From Nitrospirales bacterium (GTDB lineage: Bacteria; Nitrospirota; Nitrospiria; Nitrospirales; UBA8639): a stretch of DNA of 64,000 bases. How positions within the stretch are numbered: the first letter of the stretch is position 1; every line of letters starts with the position of its first letter. A program made the translations under genes and the position numbers. A model generated the notes under the pieces. That model did no database searches, was not told the DNA's origin, and saw only the letters and a program-made list of their open reading frames with translations. Positions 10,170 through 20,358 of the stretch are shown piece by piece. The DNA lies in assembly GCA_963555755.3 (NCBI GenBank), contig OY820905.2, positions 4,096,001 to 4,160,000 on the forward strand, written 5' to 3'.

Positions 10170-10391
10170 GAAAAGGAAAAGGGGTCAAATCTTTAAAAGA
10201 AAAGGGGTCAAATCTTTGGTTGACTAAAAAAGGGGTCAAATCTTTGGTTGACTAAAACTTTAGATTATGTCCCCTGCTCGGAAGAGAAGATCGCGCTCCC
10301 AGAAAAAAGCAGTGGATGAAAGAGCGACGAGGAGTTTGAAACGAAACTCTCAACCAAAGATTTGACCCCTTTTTCTTTTTGACCCCTTTTC
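10170..10391 (+). mobile_element. Non-autonomous TIR element, copy 4
   Basis: Same core; right end abuts the start of the 2-kb duplication. Confidence 0.85.
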
Positions 10392-10761
10392 AGTCGTGGT
10401 TTGGACCGCGCCATTTGCTGGGATGTTCCAGGTGGATGCCACGTTTGCAACCGTTCAACCAGGCGTGAATGTCTTGCCTACTGCTCACGTTTTTAATGGG
10501 ACTGTCTTTGTCAACCTAGCTGCCATCCCTGTCTTTGGTACCACCAGTGATTATAGTGGGCTCTTGGCGCTGGGATTGGGCGAGGAGATCCACTTCGTGG
10601 TAGCCCCGACTACGGAAGGAGGGCAGAAGACGGTCGAAGTCTCGGCGATCATCAACAGCATTCCGCGCACCAACCCTGTCCCCGAACCCAGCACGATGTT
10701 GCTGCTCGGATCAGGCTTAGTCGGACTCATTGGCTACCGGATGAAGAAAGCACAAGCGTAA
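10391..10761 (+). pseudogene. 5'-truncated copy of the PEP-CTERM gene
   Basis: Identical to the C-terminal ~122 codons of 1921-2712; no signal peptide or promoter. Confidence 0.85.
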
Positions 10762-10915
10762 ACGCATAGTCGATAATTTAGTCACACAATCAAAGAGCCT
10801 CACCGTTTCGGCGGTGGGGCTCTTTCTCTTGGCCGCATTCATCAAGGTCTGTCACTGACCCAGAGACAGAGCTACAGACCCTATTTTCAATAACTGGACA
10901 ATACATCCCCAAGCC

Positions 10916-11331
10916 ATGAACATCAGAATAATTCAGTGGAATATTTCAATGAAATGCAAGGCCGAAAAAATAGCGTACTGCTTATCCCGCTATATTCATG
11001 GCCCCACCATTATTACCTTGCAAGAAGTTTTAAAATCCACATATGCCCAGATTGCGTCTGTGCTGACCCCTCCTGGAAGAGCGTACAGTCTTGCTTTACG
11101 AAAAGCCGGAAACCATGAAGGAAGAAATCGTAAAATGGGTGTCGCGACATTCGTTTTCGAAGGCAGAATACCTCATTACGAACTCGTATCACGTAGTATT
11201 TTTCCAGAAAGAACCTTGTTTTCGACATGCCAATTCGAGGGGAAGAATATTTCCTTGTATCGCACAGGCTTTAGGCGTAACCCTCTCGGAGTTAGTCGGC
11301 GATCAACCACAATCAACCAAAAGGAGGTCCG
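10916..11331 (+). pseudogene. Duplicate EEP-family/XRE remnant
   Basis: Identical to 2867-3282. Confidence 0.6.
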
Positions 11332-12438
11332 ATGGGACGGACAAAACGAAAGGACGGGTATTACGTCGAGTTTCCCGTCATTGACGATGGGAAGGTCTTG
11401 ACGTTAGCGAGAGGCACGCCTGGTGCCAAGGTGAAACGGTGGCGCGTCGGGTGCCGTAACAAAACGATGGCTCAAGACCAGGAAACTATTATCAAGAACA
11501 AGCTTCTCAACGGAACAATGGTAAGCGTTCGGGCAAAGCTGGCAATAATGACCTTCGGCCAATGGGCCAAAGAATATGTGGAGATTGAAGAAGTGAAGTG
11601 TCTCCGCTCCTACACTGAGCGATGCCAGCGAATTACCGTGGTCCTTGTTCCATTCTTCGGCAAGACATTGTTGCAGGACATTACGGCCAAAGATGTAGAA
11701 GCCTTCCGCCAGGAGCGGGGGGAGGGGCGTGCTGTGGCTACCGTCAATGTGGATCACAACCTATTGAAGCACATGTTAAAGCATGCCATGAAGCGCGATT
11801 TGATTATGAGGAATGTGGCGTCTTTGGTCACAGCGCCGAAACCAAAGAACGCTCGCAATCGAGTGCTCGAACCTGACGAGTGGAACCGGCTCTATGGTGC
11901 CGCGCCCGAATGGTTCCAGCCAGTGCTGTTGACGGGCTACCACACGGGGATGCGACTAGAGGAAATCCTGACGCTCACGTGGGATCGGGTGGATCTGGAG
12001 AAGGGCCGCATGTTCCTTCCTGGACATCTGACCAAAACAGGGCAGGATCGTACCGTCCCTTTGACGCCGATGCTTCGGAAGGAACTGCAACAACTCCGGG
12101 ACTATGGTGGCGTTGCTCGAATTCAAGGCTTGGTGTTTCAGAAGGATGGCCAGAAGATTAACCACAGCTATCGCGTGGTGAAGGAGTTATGCGAGGAGCA
12201 GCACATTCCGAACTTCGTCTTCCATGACTTGCGGCATTGTGCTGTCACGAATTTAGCGGATTCTGGAGTAGAGATTGAGACGATCATGAAAATCGTCGGG
12301 CATTCCAGTATTGAAATGTTCCTACGTTACCGCACCATCACGGCGGATAAATTAGACACCGCCATGTCCAGCCTTAACACGCTAATAACACGGCGTCAAA
12401 ACGCCGCTCGCCAAGTCACTGAAATCACTGCACTTTAA
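11332..12438 (+). CDS. Tyrosine recombinase/integrase (intact, 368 aa)
   Basis: R, HxxR, H, Y catalytic motifs; adjacent to the tRNA. Confidence 0.93.
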   Translation: MGRTKRKDGYYVEFPVIDDGKVLTLARGTPGAKVKRWRVGCRNKTMAQDQETIIKNKLLNGTMVSVRAKLAIMTFGQWAKEYVEIEEVKCLRSYTERCQRITVVLVPFFGKTLLQDITAKDVEAFRQERGEGRAVATVNVDHNLLKHMLKHAMKRDLIMRNVASLVTAPKPKNARNRVLEPDEWNRLYGAAPEWFQPVLLTGYHTGMRLEEILTLTWDRVDLEKGRMFLPGHLTKTGQDRTVPLTPMLRKELQQLRDYGGVARIQGLVFQKDGQKINHSYRVVKELCEEQHIPNFVFHDLRHCAVTNLADSGVEIETIMKIVGHSSIEMFLRYRTITADKLDTAMSSLNTLITRRQNAARQVTEITAL

Positions 12439-12444
12439 TTGAAT

Positions 12445-12530
12445 TGGTGCCGAAGGCGGGAGTTGAACCCGCACACCCGTGAGGGCACTAGAACCTGAAT
12501 CTAGCGCGTCTGCCATTCCGCCACTTCGGC
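12445..12530 (-). tRNA. tRNA-Leu(CAG)
   Basis: Reverse complement GCCGAAGTGGCGGAATGGCAGACGCGCTAGATTCAGGTTCTAG...GTTCAACTCCCGCCTTCGGCACCA; long variable arm, encoded CCA. Confidence 0.97.
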
Positions 12531-12757
12531 ACAAGTGAGACGGAATTATCAGCTTTTACATGGAGAGCGTCAAGGCAAGGGAGTCGATCGCGTTAGGGCC
12601 TTTGAAAAAGTTTGTCTTAAGGATGCCGAAAGGTTCGTGGGCAATGTTCTTTTATCACGTAATGCGTGAAGCGTGATCCGTGACCCGTAGGGAATAGATC
12701 AACAGTGTTTACTTCTCGCCTTACGGATTACGCATCACGTTTTACGACTATTGAGGT

Positions 12758-14260
12758 TTAGGAAGACGCGGTGTTAGACGGTACGGGGTTTGGTTCCAAA
12801 CAAGATTGCCTCCATAGGCCGCCGATTCCTGATGTGCCGTCGGTGGGTGTGAGGTCTTGGGTATCGCCAGCGATGATGATCCGTTCGCGAATCAAGCCGG
12901 CGGCGCCGAGTAACAACGGCGCGGGGATGTGTGGTGCATCTTCGGCAATCAGGACATCGAAGCGAACTCGTGTGAAGAGGGGATCGGCGACAAGCCGTCC
13001 GGGTGTGGCGATCACGAGGCGTTTGTTTTGAATAAACGCTTGTCGATTGGTGGCTTCGCCCGCAGCGAGCATTTCGCGAATTTTTTTTGTCCCGCCAAGG
13101 CGAGTAATATCAGTCTTCAATTCCTCGTATTCAGGCCGCATGTCTTTCGGAATAGCGGCTTCGGGTAATAATTCGCGAATGCGGGCTTGAGCGATTTCGA
13201 CTTCTTTCATCAGATCCGCAATTTTTTCTGTGTGGATCGTGCGATACTCCGCAAGAGTGTCCACGTTCTTTCCCATGGTCTGCATGCCCAGGCGCTTCCA
13301 GACCGGCAGATTTTCGTAATCGGCTACAAGCGTGTCGATGTCTTTGATCTTGCCTTGAAAGTCGCTCACCTCTGACAGTAGTCGCCATTCAAGCAACTTC
13401 ACTTCGTTAAGGTCACGCTGCTTTTGGCCCTTGTACGCCAGGATGGGTGTTAACTCGCGAAACCGGTCGTATTTGCTTTGAAGCGCATTTTTGTGTGACC
13501 GCGACTTCGCGAAAAAGGTATGCATCTGAACTTCAAACCCAAGCTCTTGTAAGGAGATGCCGGAACCTTGGGATAGCACTGGAATCTCGTAACAACTTAA
13601 CAAGCTCTTAAATGGAAGCGCGGCATTGCGAAAGGTCTTCGCGAAAAATCCCAGCAATTCGCTCACGACTTGATGACTGGGTGCGATCAGCAACACTCGT
13701 TTGTTTTTCCGAATGAGTTCGACAGCCAAGGTCCCGAGCTTGGTCCATCGGGCAGATTGATCATCGCTCCACACCGTCGTCAATATAGCGGCGGATGCGC
13801 CGGTACGAGCAAACCCATCGCCTCCGGCTTGTTCCGGGTCGAGCCAGGGCGCTAACCGCTCGGCGGGTCCTAACGCATAGGACTCGGGTTTCACGGCCAT
13901 CTCGCTCAACCGTTTCGAGGCCGTGACAAAAAACCCGGACGTGTCCGGCACGATCGTATTATCCTCGACCGATTGTCCCAGGGTGTCCAGGGTTTGAATC
14001 AGGATGTCGTCCCCAATGCGACGAAGCGAAAATCCTTCCGTGGGCTCAAGATCCCCGGGCGGGACGATTGTGAGGGGGATGTCTTCAAGAACTGGCATCC
14101 GCGATGGCAGGGTCAGTGTATAGAGATGCAAGCTTCCGGCTTTCCCGAGTTTTTTCGTGTGCGGTGACTCGATGGGATCATCCAGCCCTTGGGCGATGGC
14201 CTCTTCCTTTTCCGTCCCGAGCTGTGTGGAGAAATACTGGAGAAGGTCAAGAAGTTTCAT
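12758..14260 (-). CDS. Degenerate DNA2/UPF1-like (AAA) helicase-domain protein
   Basis: VLLIAPSH, LVIAT, FDVLIAEDA, IIIAGDTQDL resemble SF1 motifs; no Walker A seen; coiled-coil insert. Confidence 0.65.
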   Translation of the reverse strand: MKLLDLLQYFSTQLGTEKEEAIAQGLDDPIESPHTKKLGKAGSLHLYTLTLPSRMPVLEDIPLTIVPPGDLEPTEGFSLRRIGDDILIQTLDTLGQSVEDNTIVPDTSGFFVTASKRLSEMAVKPESYALGPAERLAPWLDPEQAGGDGFARTGASAAILTTVWSDDQSARWTKLGTLAVELIRKNKRVLLIAPSHQVVSELLGFFAKTFRNAALPFKSLLSCYEIPVLSQGSGISLQELGFEVQMHTFFAKSRSHKNALQSKYDRFRELTPILAYKGQKQRDLNEVKLLEWRLLSEVSDFQGKIKDIDTLVADYENLPVWKRLGMQTMGKNVDTLAEYRTIHTEKIADLMKEVEIAQARIRELLPEAAIPKDMRPEYEELKTDITRLGGTKKIREMLAAGEATNRQAFIQNKRLVIATPGRLVADPLFTRVRFDVLIAEDAPHIPAPLLLGAAGLIRERIIIAGDTQDLTPTDGTSGIGGLWRQSCLEPNPVPSNTASS

Positions 14261-14796
14261 GGTGTGAGTTCGTGAGAAGGATCCAGTGCTTGTTGTACGC
14301 ACATGGCCACGCAAGCGAGCCCGCCGGTTATGGGTTGTCGATTAAAGGCACACCCACGATGGTCAGCGCATGTTGTGATAAAAGGAATCTTTGCCAAAAA
14401 GTCGAGGTCTTCTAACACTTGAGCATGAATCTGGCCGTCCTCTGATGCTGAAAGAATCACCACTCGATTGTGATTATCATCTTCCAGAATGGCCGCCTTG
14501 GGCGATGGCGCGATCATCGATCGCGCTGCACGGACTTGTGGTAATTCCACGCTCAGTTTCACCAAGTTCTTCGGAGCCTGAATAGGCTGGTGACTCAGCC
14601 GGATATTAAGCGAGGTCAGATTGGGGGTATCAGGATCGATCTTTGCGGCGCCTTTAACAATGGAACTGTGGAGTCGTTCGGCAAGGGCGACGCTGCCCGT
14701 TAACATCCCAAGCGCCAGGATTCCTATCCCCACAATCCCCAAAATGCCAAAAATCCCCAAAATGCCAAAAATGATTGTCCTTTTGTGTGTGGTCAT
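14257..14796 (-). CDS. Hypothetical membrane-anchored protein
   Basis: MTTHKRTIIFGILGIFGILGIVG N-terminal TM; Cys-rich C-terminus; overlaps the next start codon. Confidence 0.6.
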   Translation of the reverse strand: MTTHKRTIIFGILGIFGILGIVGIGILALGMLTGSVALAERLHSSIVKGAAKIDPDTPNLTSLNIRLSHQPIQAPKNLVKLSVELPQVRAARSMIAPSPKAAILEDDNHNRVVILSASEDGQIHAQVLEDLDFLAKIPFITTCADHRGCAFNRQPITGGLACVAMCVQQALDPSHELTP

Positions 14797-14893
14797 AGAG
14801 GCATTGTAGTCAAGGCTTGAAGCCGGTGTCGAGGAAGGGCGGGAAACGTGAGGAATATTGCAGGGTGGGCTATGCCCACCATTTATTTTTGTA

Positions 14894-15137
14894 CGGGGTT
14901 TCGTCCTCGCGCGACGAGGCCCTTTTGTTTCGGCAAAAGGACCCAAAACCATTTTTGCCCGTGCGCGGCCCCTCCGACCCTGCCGGAGCAGGTTCTCCGG
15001 GGTGCCTGGTCCACCGCCCCGAATCAAGATGGCTCGGAAACTCGCTCCGAGGTGCAAGGCCACCTCTCCGCTCAGACAGCCCTCGCCAAAGCAGTAGGAT
15101 TCGGGACGGCGGCCCAGCCGCGCCCAACGCAGGTGAA
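14894..15137 (+). repeat. Structured ~240-bp dispersed repeat, copy A
   Basis: Shares cttttgtttcggcaaaag...aaaacca...ccgaatc...ctcgctccg...ctcgcc...gattcgg with seven other copies. Confidence 0.8.
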
Positions 15138-15263
15138 TGGCAGGGCATAAAAAATCAAGCCCCGCACTGGGTAGTGCGGGGTTTATGAATCACAATGGGG
15201 TGTGGCGATAGATCAAACTAGAAAAACCGAAGTGTTTGTTTTTATCTTTTCATTCTGCAGGCA

Positions 15264-15461
15264 TCCCCGCCTTCGGATGCGGCGGAGCCGGAGCCCCGAA
15301 TCGACTTTTTGGCGAGGGTTGTTTGAGCGGAGCGAGTTCCCTCGCCATGTTATTCGGGGCGTAGGCGGAGGGACCCCCTTGGGGTCGCATACGGGCGGAA
15401 ATGGTTTTGGTCACTTTTGCCGAAACAAAAGTGACTCGGCGTGTGGGGGCGAAACCCCACA
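15264..15461 (-). repeat. Structured repeat, copy B
   Basis: Reverse-complement copy of the same family. Confidence 0.8.
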
Positions 15462-15522
15462 TTATAATTCTTGTGCCTAACCTGGCACGTTCCAGAAATA
15501 ACTACAGATTTCTCCCTCCGGT

Positions 15523-15646
15523 CGAAATGACAAGGGAGAGGCGAAATGACAAGGGAGAGGCGAATGACAAAGGAGAGGCGAAATGACAAGGGAGAGGCGA
15601 ATGACAAAGGAGAGGCGAAATGACAAGGGAGATGCGAAATGACAAG
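15523..15646 (+). repeat. Tandem repeat of 18/19-bp unit CGAAATGACAAGGGAGAGG (6 units plus a partial)
   Basis: Read directly; the unit begins with the REP end CGAAATGACA. Confidence 0.9.
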
Positions 15647-15712
15647 AAAAATTTCACATAGCCTCTCTGCTTACTCCAAAGCGGTCATATTCTCGCTAAA
15701 CGATTGCAAAAA

Positions 15713-15741
15713 TTGACATTTCCATGAGTGGTCCTTATGAT
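15713..15741 (+). promoter_or_regulatory. sigma70 promoter for rplI-glyA
   Basis: TTGACA-N17-TATGAT. Confidence 0.7.
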
Positions 15742-15780
15742 TCGATCTTTCGTCTAAGAACTAAGGGAGGGGTATGTACG

Positions 15781-16338
15781 ATGAAGGTGATCCTTCAAGA
15801 AAATGTGGATAATTTGGGCTATGTGGGCGATATCTTGGATGTGGCCAGTGGGTATGCCCGGAACTATCTGTTGCCTCACAAGAAGGCCTTGGAAGCCAAC
15901 ATGCGGAATGTGAAGTCGTTAGAGCATGCCAAACGCGTGACTGGGCATAAGGCCAAGCAAGTGGAGCAAGGGTTGAAAGGCGAAGCGGAGAAATTGTCAG
16001 GGGTGTCGCTGACGTTTCCGGTGCAGACAGGAAAAGATGATAAGCTGTTTGGATCGATTACCTCCAAGGATATTGAGGAAGGGTTAATGGCTGAAGGCTT
16101 TGAGGTGGACCGGCGCAAAATTCAACTTCCCCAGCCATTGAAAGAATTGGGGGCTTCTACCGTGGATATCAAATTGTTTCGAGATATCACGGCACAAATT
16201 ACCGTCACCTTGGTGAAAAGGGGTGGTGGTGCACCAGCTGCCGAGGGTGAATCTTCCGAGGAAACTAAAACGAGTGAACCCTCGGAACCAGAAGAATCCG
16301 ACAATGAGTCTTCTGACACCACGGAACCTCAAGAATAA
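15781..16338 (+). CDS. rplI: 50S ribosomal protein L9 with acidic C-terminal tail
   Basis: [39 protein letters not shown]. Confidence 0.96.
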   Translation: MKVILQENVDNLGYVGDILDVASGYARNYLLPHKKALEANMRNVKSLEHAKRVTGHKAKQVEQGLKGEAEKLSGVSLTFPVQTGKDDKLFGSITSKDIEEGLMAEGFEVDRRKIQLPQPLKELGASTVDIKLFRDITAQITVTLVKRGGGAPAAEGESSEETKTSEPSEPEESDNESSDTTEPQE

Positions 16339-16340
16339 AT

Positions 16341-17618
16341 ATGGGACATGCCGTCGGCACGTTAAAAGCGATCCAGGAAACCGATCCGGAAGTCTATGCG
16401 GCGATTCGGGCGGAGGAGAGGCGTCAGCGGGATAAATTGGTACTGATTGCTTCGGAGAATTATGCCAGCCAGGCAGTGCAGGCTGCGCAAGGGTCGCTGA
16501 TGACCAATAAGTATGCCGAGGGGTATCCGGGACGCCGCTATTATGGTGGCTGCAAATACGTCGATGTGGTTGAAGAGTTAGCCATCGAACGGGCCAAACA
16601 ATTATTCGGGTGTGAGCATGTGAATGTGCAGCCGCATTCCGGCTCAACCGCCAACATGGCGGCCTATCTTTCCGTCCTCAAGCCAGGCGATACGATTTTG
16701 GGGATGGCCCTTTCTGAAGGTGGCCATCTGACGCACGGATCGAAGGTCAGTTTTTCTGGAAAGATTTTTCAATCGTATGCGTATGGCCTCAATCCTAAAA
16801 CCGAACTGATTGACTACGATGCCGTGCAACAATTGGCTGAAGAATGTCGGCCTCGTATGCTCGTGGTGGGTGCCAGTGCCTATTCTCGAATCATAGATTT
16901 TGAACGGTTCAAACGCATCGCTGACTCGGTCGGCGCGTATGTTCTCGTCGATATCGCGCACATTTCCGGGCTGGTAGCCACCGGCCTTCACCCCAGTCCG
17001 ATGCCCCATGCGGACTTTGTCACGACGACCACGCATAAGACGTTGCGCGGTCCGCGGGCAGGGATGGTGATGTGCAAAGCCGAGCATGCCAAAGCTGTGG
17101 ACAAGATCATCTTCCCCGGTCTCCAGGGTGGACCGCTGATGCATGTGATCGCGGCCAAAGCCGTGGCGTTTCAAGAAGCCCTCACTCCAGAATTTAAGTC
17201 CTATCAGGAACAGGTATTAGCGAATGCGAAGGCCTTAGCACAGGGCTTTATCGAGCGTAACTATCATGTGGTGTCTGGCGGTACGGATACGCATTTATTC
17301 CTCATGAATCTGAACTCAAAAGGTGTGACAGGGAAAGATGCCGAATCGGCCTTGGATGCCTCAGGAATTATCCTGAATAAAAATGCCGTGCCCCATGATG
17401 AGCGACCTCCGGCCGTGACGAGCGGTATTCGCATTGGAACGCCCATTGTGACCACACGAGGCATGGGTCTGGCGGAAATGTCTCAACTCGTGGCTTGGAT
17501 CGACGAAGTGATTCAGCATAGTACTGACCGTCGCCTACACCGACGAATTGCCAAAGACGTGAAAGCCTTGTGTGGTCGCTTTCCTATTTTTCAAACCTCT
17601 CCATTGACATCAGCGTAA
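16341..17618 (+). CDS. glyA: Serine hydroxymethyltransferase
   Basis: [32 protein letters not shown]. Confidence 0.98.
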   Translation: MGHAVGTLKAIQETDPEVYAAIRAEERRQRDKLVLIASENYASQAVQAAQGSLMTNKYAEGYPGRRYYGGCKYVDVVEELAIERAKQLFGCEHVNVQPHSGSTANMAAYLSVLKPGDTILGMALSEGGHLTHGSKVSFSGKIFQSYAYGLNPKTELIDYDAVQQLAEECRPRMLVVGASAYSRIIDFERFKRIADSVGAYVLVDIAHISGLVATGLHPSPMPHADFVTTTTHKTLRGPRAGMVMCKAEHAKAVDKIIFPGLQGGPLMHVIAAKAVAFQEALTPEFKSYQEQVLANAKALAQGFIERNYHVVSGGTDTHLFLMNLNSKGVTGKDAESALDASGIILNKNAVPHDERPPAVTSGIRIGTPIVTTRGMGLAEMSQLVAWIDEVIQHSTDRRLHRRIAKDVKALCGRFPIFQTSPLTSA

Positions 17619-17821
17619 TCGCCATCGTCTCTGCTCATGCTACTGCTACTGCCCCATCTCCACAGTCGTTTCTGCGGGTGTGAAGGGTGAATATAGTGAT
17701 TTCAGATAAGTTCCATAAACTCGAAACCCGAATATCGAAATCCGGATTTACGCCATCAGTAGCGAAAATGGAAGCTAAGTGAAATAACCATATGGTTTTC
17801 AACGATCAAGGACGGTAACGC

Positions 17822-18286
17822 GTGCGATGCCCCTTTTGCAGCCGATTTGACGACAAGGTCATTGATTCTCGAACCGCTCGTGAAGGCGAAGTGATTCGCC
17901 GACGACGGGAATGCTTGGACTGCAAGCGTCGATTCACGACGTATGAGCGCATCGAAGAGAATCTTCCGGCCATCGTCAAAAAAGACAATCGCCGAGAAAC
18001 CTTTGATCGGACCAAGATCATGGCTGGATTAAAAAAAGCATGTGAAAAACGGCCGATTAGCAGCGCTACGCTTGAAGCTTCGGTTGACCGCATTGAAAAA
18101 CGCCTTCAAGAATATGGCGAATCCGAAGTGCCAGCCCGGGTTGTGGGGGAAGAGGTGATGCGGGAATTACATCAACTCGATCAAGTGGCCTATGTCCGAT
18201 TTGCCTCGGTGTATCGCGAGTTCAAAGACATCGATCAATTTATGGAGACGATCAAGGCTCTGGCCCAGGATCGTGGGAAACTCTAG
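17822..18286 (+). CDS. nrdR: Transcriptional repressor NrdR
   Basis: MRCPFC..VIDSR..RRRREC..RFTTYE; ATP cone; [12 protein letters not shown]. Confidence 0.97.
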   Translation: MRCPFCSRFDDKVIDSRTAREGEVIRRRRECLDCKRRFTTYERIEENLPAIVKKDNRRETFDRTKIMAGLKKACEKRPISSATLEASVDRIEKRLQEYGESEVPARVVGEEVMRELHQLDQVAYVRFASVYREFKDIDQFMETIKALAQDRGKL

Positions 18287-18533
18287 GGAATATGCGTGAA
18301 GCGTATCTCGTGAACCGTGAAGCGTTGTTCGTGAACCGTGAAGCGGTACTCGCTTCCCGGTTCCCGCTTCAGGCTTTTCTCTGGCCTGCGAAAATATCGG
18401 ATGGATCCCCGCTGAAAACTTGCCGGGATGACGGCTTAGGAGTTTTGTCCGAGTATTTCTTTTCCCTCAGAACGCTTCACGCGTTACCAGATAGGCTTCA
18501 CATCTTTGTCTCACCAGCGATGAACAACTAGCC

Positions 18534-19700
18534 ATGCCCTCCTCTGTCACCTCTGCTAAACGGTCTACATCTCGTCGGCCATCCGCGTCTACTCTCAAAC
18601 CAAAGCCCCAATCCAAACCTGTTCGCCGACGGTCGGCTCCTCCCACCCGTGTGGCCATCATTGGAGGGGGTAGGGGTGGAAGAGCCTTGATGGAAATTTT
18701 TGCCCAAGATCCGTTGGCTCGTATCGTCGGTTTGGCTGAAACCAAAACCCGAAGCTCAGGCACGAAGTTAGCCAAACTGTTTGGCGTGCCGGTCACCCGG
18801 GACTATCGTGAGTTGCTCAAGCTCAAAGATGTGGATTTAATCATCGATGTGACGGGCAATATGGAAGTGGGGCAAGCCTTGCAGAGGGTCAGGCGGCCAA
18901 AGTTAGCGATCATCGGAGGGGCGAGCGCCAAATTCATGTGGCAACTCATTGAAGCGCGAATTCGGGCCACGACGGAAATTGAACACACACTGATTCGGTA
19001 TCAATCGTTGTTTCGGCGGTTTGTCAAAGAGGAAACCAAACGGGCCGTGCATGAAGAACGCACGCGCATTGCTGCTGACATTCATGACGGCTTGGTACAA
19101 ACATTAGTCGGGGTTAATTTTAAAATGGAACTGTGCGCCGAGATTGTCCGGCAGGATCCCATGAAATGCTCGAATTTGATGCGGGAAGCCAAAGCCCAGT
19201 TGAAGCATGGGATTCAGGAAACACGGCAGGTCGTGTTTAACTTGCGTCCCGGGCAGGAAGAAAAGCTCGATTTATTTTCCGCGTTATCGAACTTTTTGAA
19301 AACCTTTAAAGAGCAACAGCACGTACAAGTGGAGTTTGACTATCAGGGGGATGATTCGTCATTACTATCCAAGACCAAGGTGTTTCTCTTTCGAATTGTT
19401 CAGGAGGCGTTGCACAATACCGCCAAACATGCCAAGGCTGCTCGGGTGTTTGTGCACATTGTTGTGAATCATGATATGCTCATAGCCTCGATTCGTGACG
19501 ATGGCGTGGGGTTCGATGTTCAGGCGGTGTTTCGCGATCCGGACAAGTGGGATCATTTTGGGCTTCGAGGCATGAAAGAACGAGCCAAGCTTCTCGGAGG
19601 GGAAGCGCGGCTGCAATCCAGCAAAGGGCGCGGAACCACCGTGACGGTTCGTATTCCTGTCGGCAGAAAGGATGTGGTTCGGAATGGTCAAAAAAATTAG
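18534..19700 (+). CDS. Cytoplasmic NarX/UhpB-type histidine kinase with N-terminal Rossmann-like domain
   Basis: VAIIGGGRGG; ERTRIAADIHDG; QEALHNTAKHA; DDGVGF. Confidence 0.88.
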   Translation: MPSSVTSAKRSTSRRPSASTLKPKPQSKPVRRRSAPPTRVAIIGGGRGGRALMEIFAQDPLARIVGLAETKTRSSGTKLAKLFGVPVTRDYRELLKLKDVDLIIDVTGNMEVGQALQRVRRPKLAIIGGASAKFMWQLIEARIRATTEIEHTLIRYQSLFRRFVKEETKRAVHEERTRIAADIHDGLVQTLVGVNFKMELCAEIVRQDPMKCSNLMREAKAQLKHGIQETRQVVFNLRPGQEEKLDLFSALSNFLKTFKEQQHVQVEFDYQGDDSSLLSKTKVFLFRIVQEALHNTAKHAKAARVFVHIVVNHDMLIASIRDDGVGFDVQAVFRDPDKWDHFGLRGMKERAKLLGGEARLQSSKGRGTTVTVRIPVGRKDVVRNGQKN

Positions 19701-20358
19701 GGTCTTGATCACTGACGATCATCGTGTCGTGCGCGAAGGCTTGTCAGCCATCCTTGATACGAAAGACGAAATTGAAATTGTGGGTGAAGCCAGTGATGGT
19801 GGTGAGGCCGTGGAAAAAGCCCGGGAATTATTGCCAGACGTGATTGTGATGGATGTGAGCATGCCGGGTATGAACGGCGTGGAAGCCACACGGATCATTA
19901 AAAAGGAACTGCCACAAATCGGGATCATTGCCCTGACCATGTATGACGATCAACGATATATTTTTGACCTCGTGCGGGCTGGGGCCACCGGCTATTTGTT
20001 CAAAGATTCGGATTCAACCGAAATCTTGGCTGCCATTCGTGCCGTTTCAAAAGGCGAATCGCTGATCCATCCCTCGGTTGCCAGCAAAATTTTAGCAGAA
20101 TTTACTTTGCTCGCCGATGGCAAAGGTAAAAGGAAGTCCTCACTCGAACACAATCTGACCGAGCGAGAGATCACGGTCCTTCGGTTAGTCGCGGATGGAA
20201 AAACCAACAAAGAGATTGCGAATGTTCTTGATCTCAGCGAGAAAACCATCAAAAATCACGTCCGAAATATCTTCCATAAACTCCATGTCTACGATCGAAC
20301 CCAAGCCGCGATTTTGGCGATCCGCAAGGGGATTATTGAGTTGGAGCCGTATCCCTAA
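19684..20358 (+). CDS. NarL/LuxR-family response regulator
   Basis: Receiver domain (DDH, MDVSMP) plus LTEREITVL..TNKEIA HTH. Confidence 0.93.
   Translation: MVKKIRVLITDDHRVVREGLSAILDTKDEIEIVGEASDGGEAVEKARELLPDVIVMDVSMPGMNGVEATRIIKKELPQIGIIALTMYDDQRYIFDLVRAGATGYLFKDSDSTEILAAIRAVSKGESLIHPSVASKILAEFTLLADGKGKRKSSLEHNLTEREITVLRLVADGKTNKEIANVLDLSEKTIKNHVRNIFHKLHVYDRTQAAILAIRKGIIELEPYP

Larger units (their letters stand above)
10391..12415 (+). repeat. ~2025-bp direct duplication, copy 2
   Basis: Matches 2342-4366. Confidence 0.95.
824..12499. mobile_element. Genomic island integrated at tRNA-Leu(CAG)
   Basis: 55-bp direct repeats of the tRNA 3' end; tyrosine integrase gene ends 6 bp from the tRNA. 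Confidence 0.85.

Noticed and set aside
14817..15607. Many overlapping ORFs here and at 35414-36327, 42507-42930, 43554-43986, 44842-45390, 46201-46674
   Set aside because: They arise from GC-rich palindromic repeats and have no recognisable protein motifs.
15523..15646. Possible CRISPR array
   Set aside because: Units are contiguous 18-19 bp with no unique spacers, and no cas genes are present.
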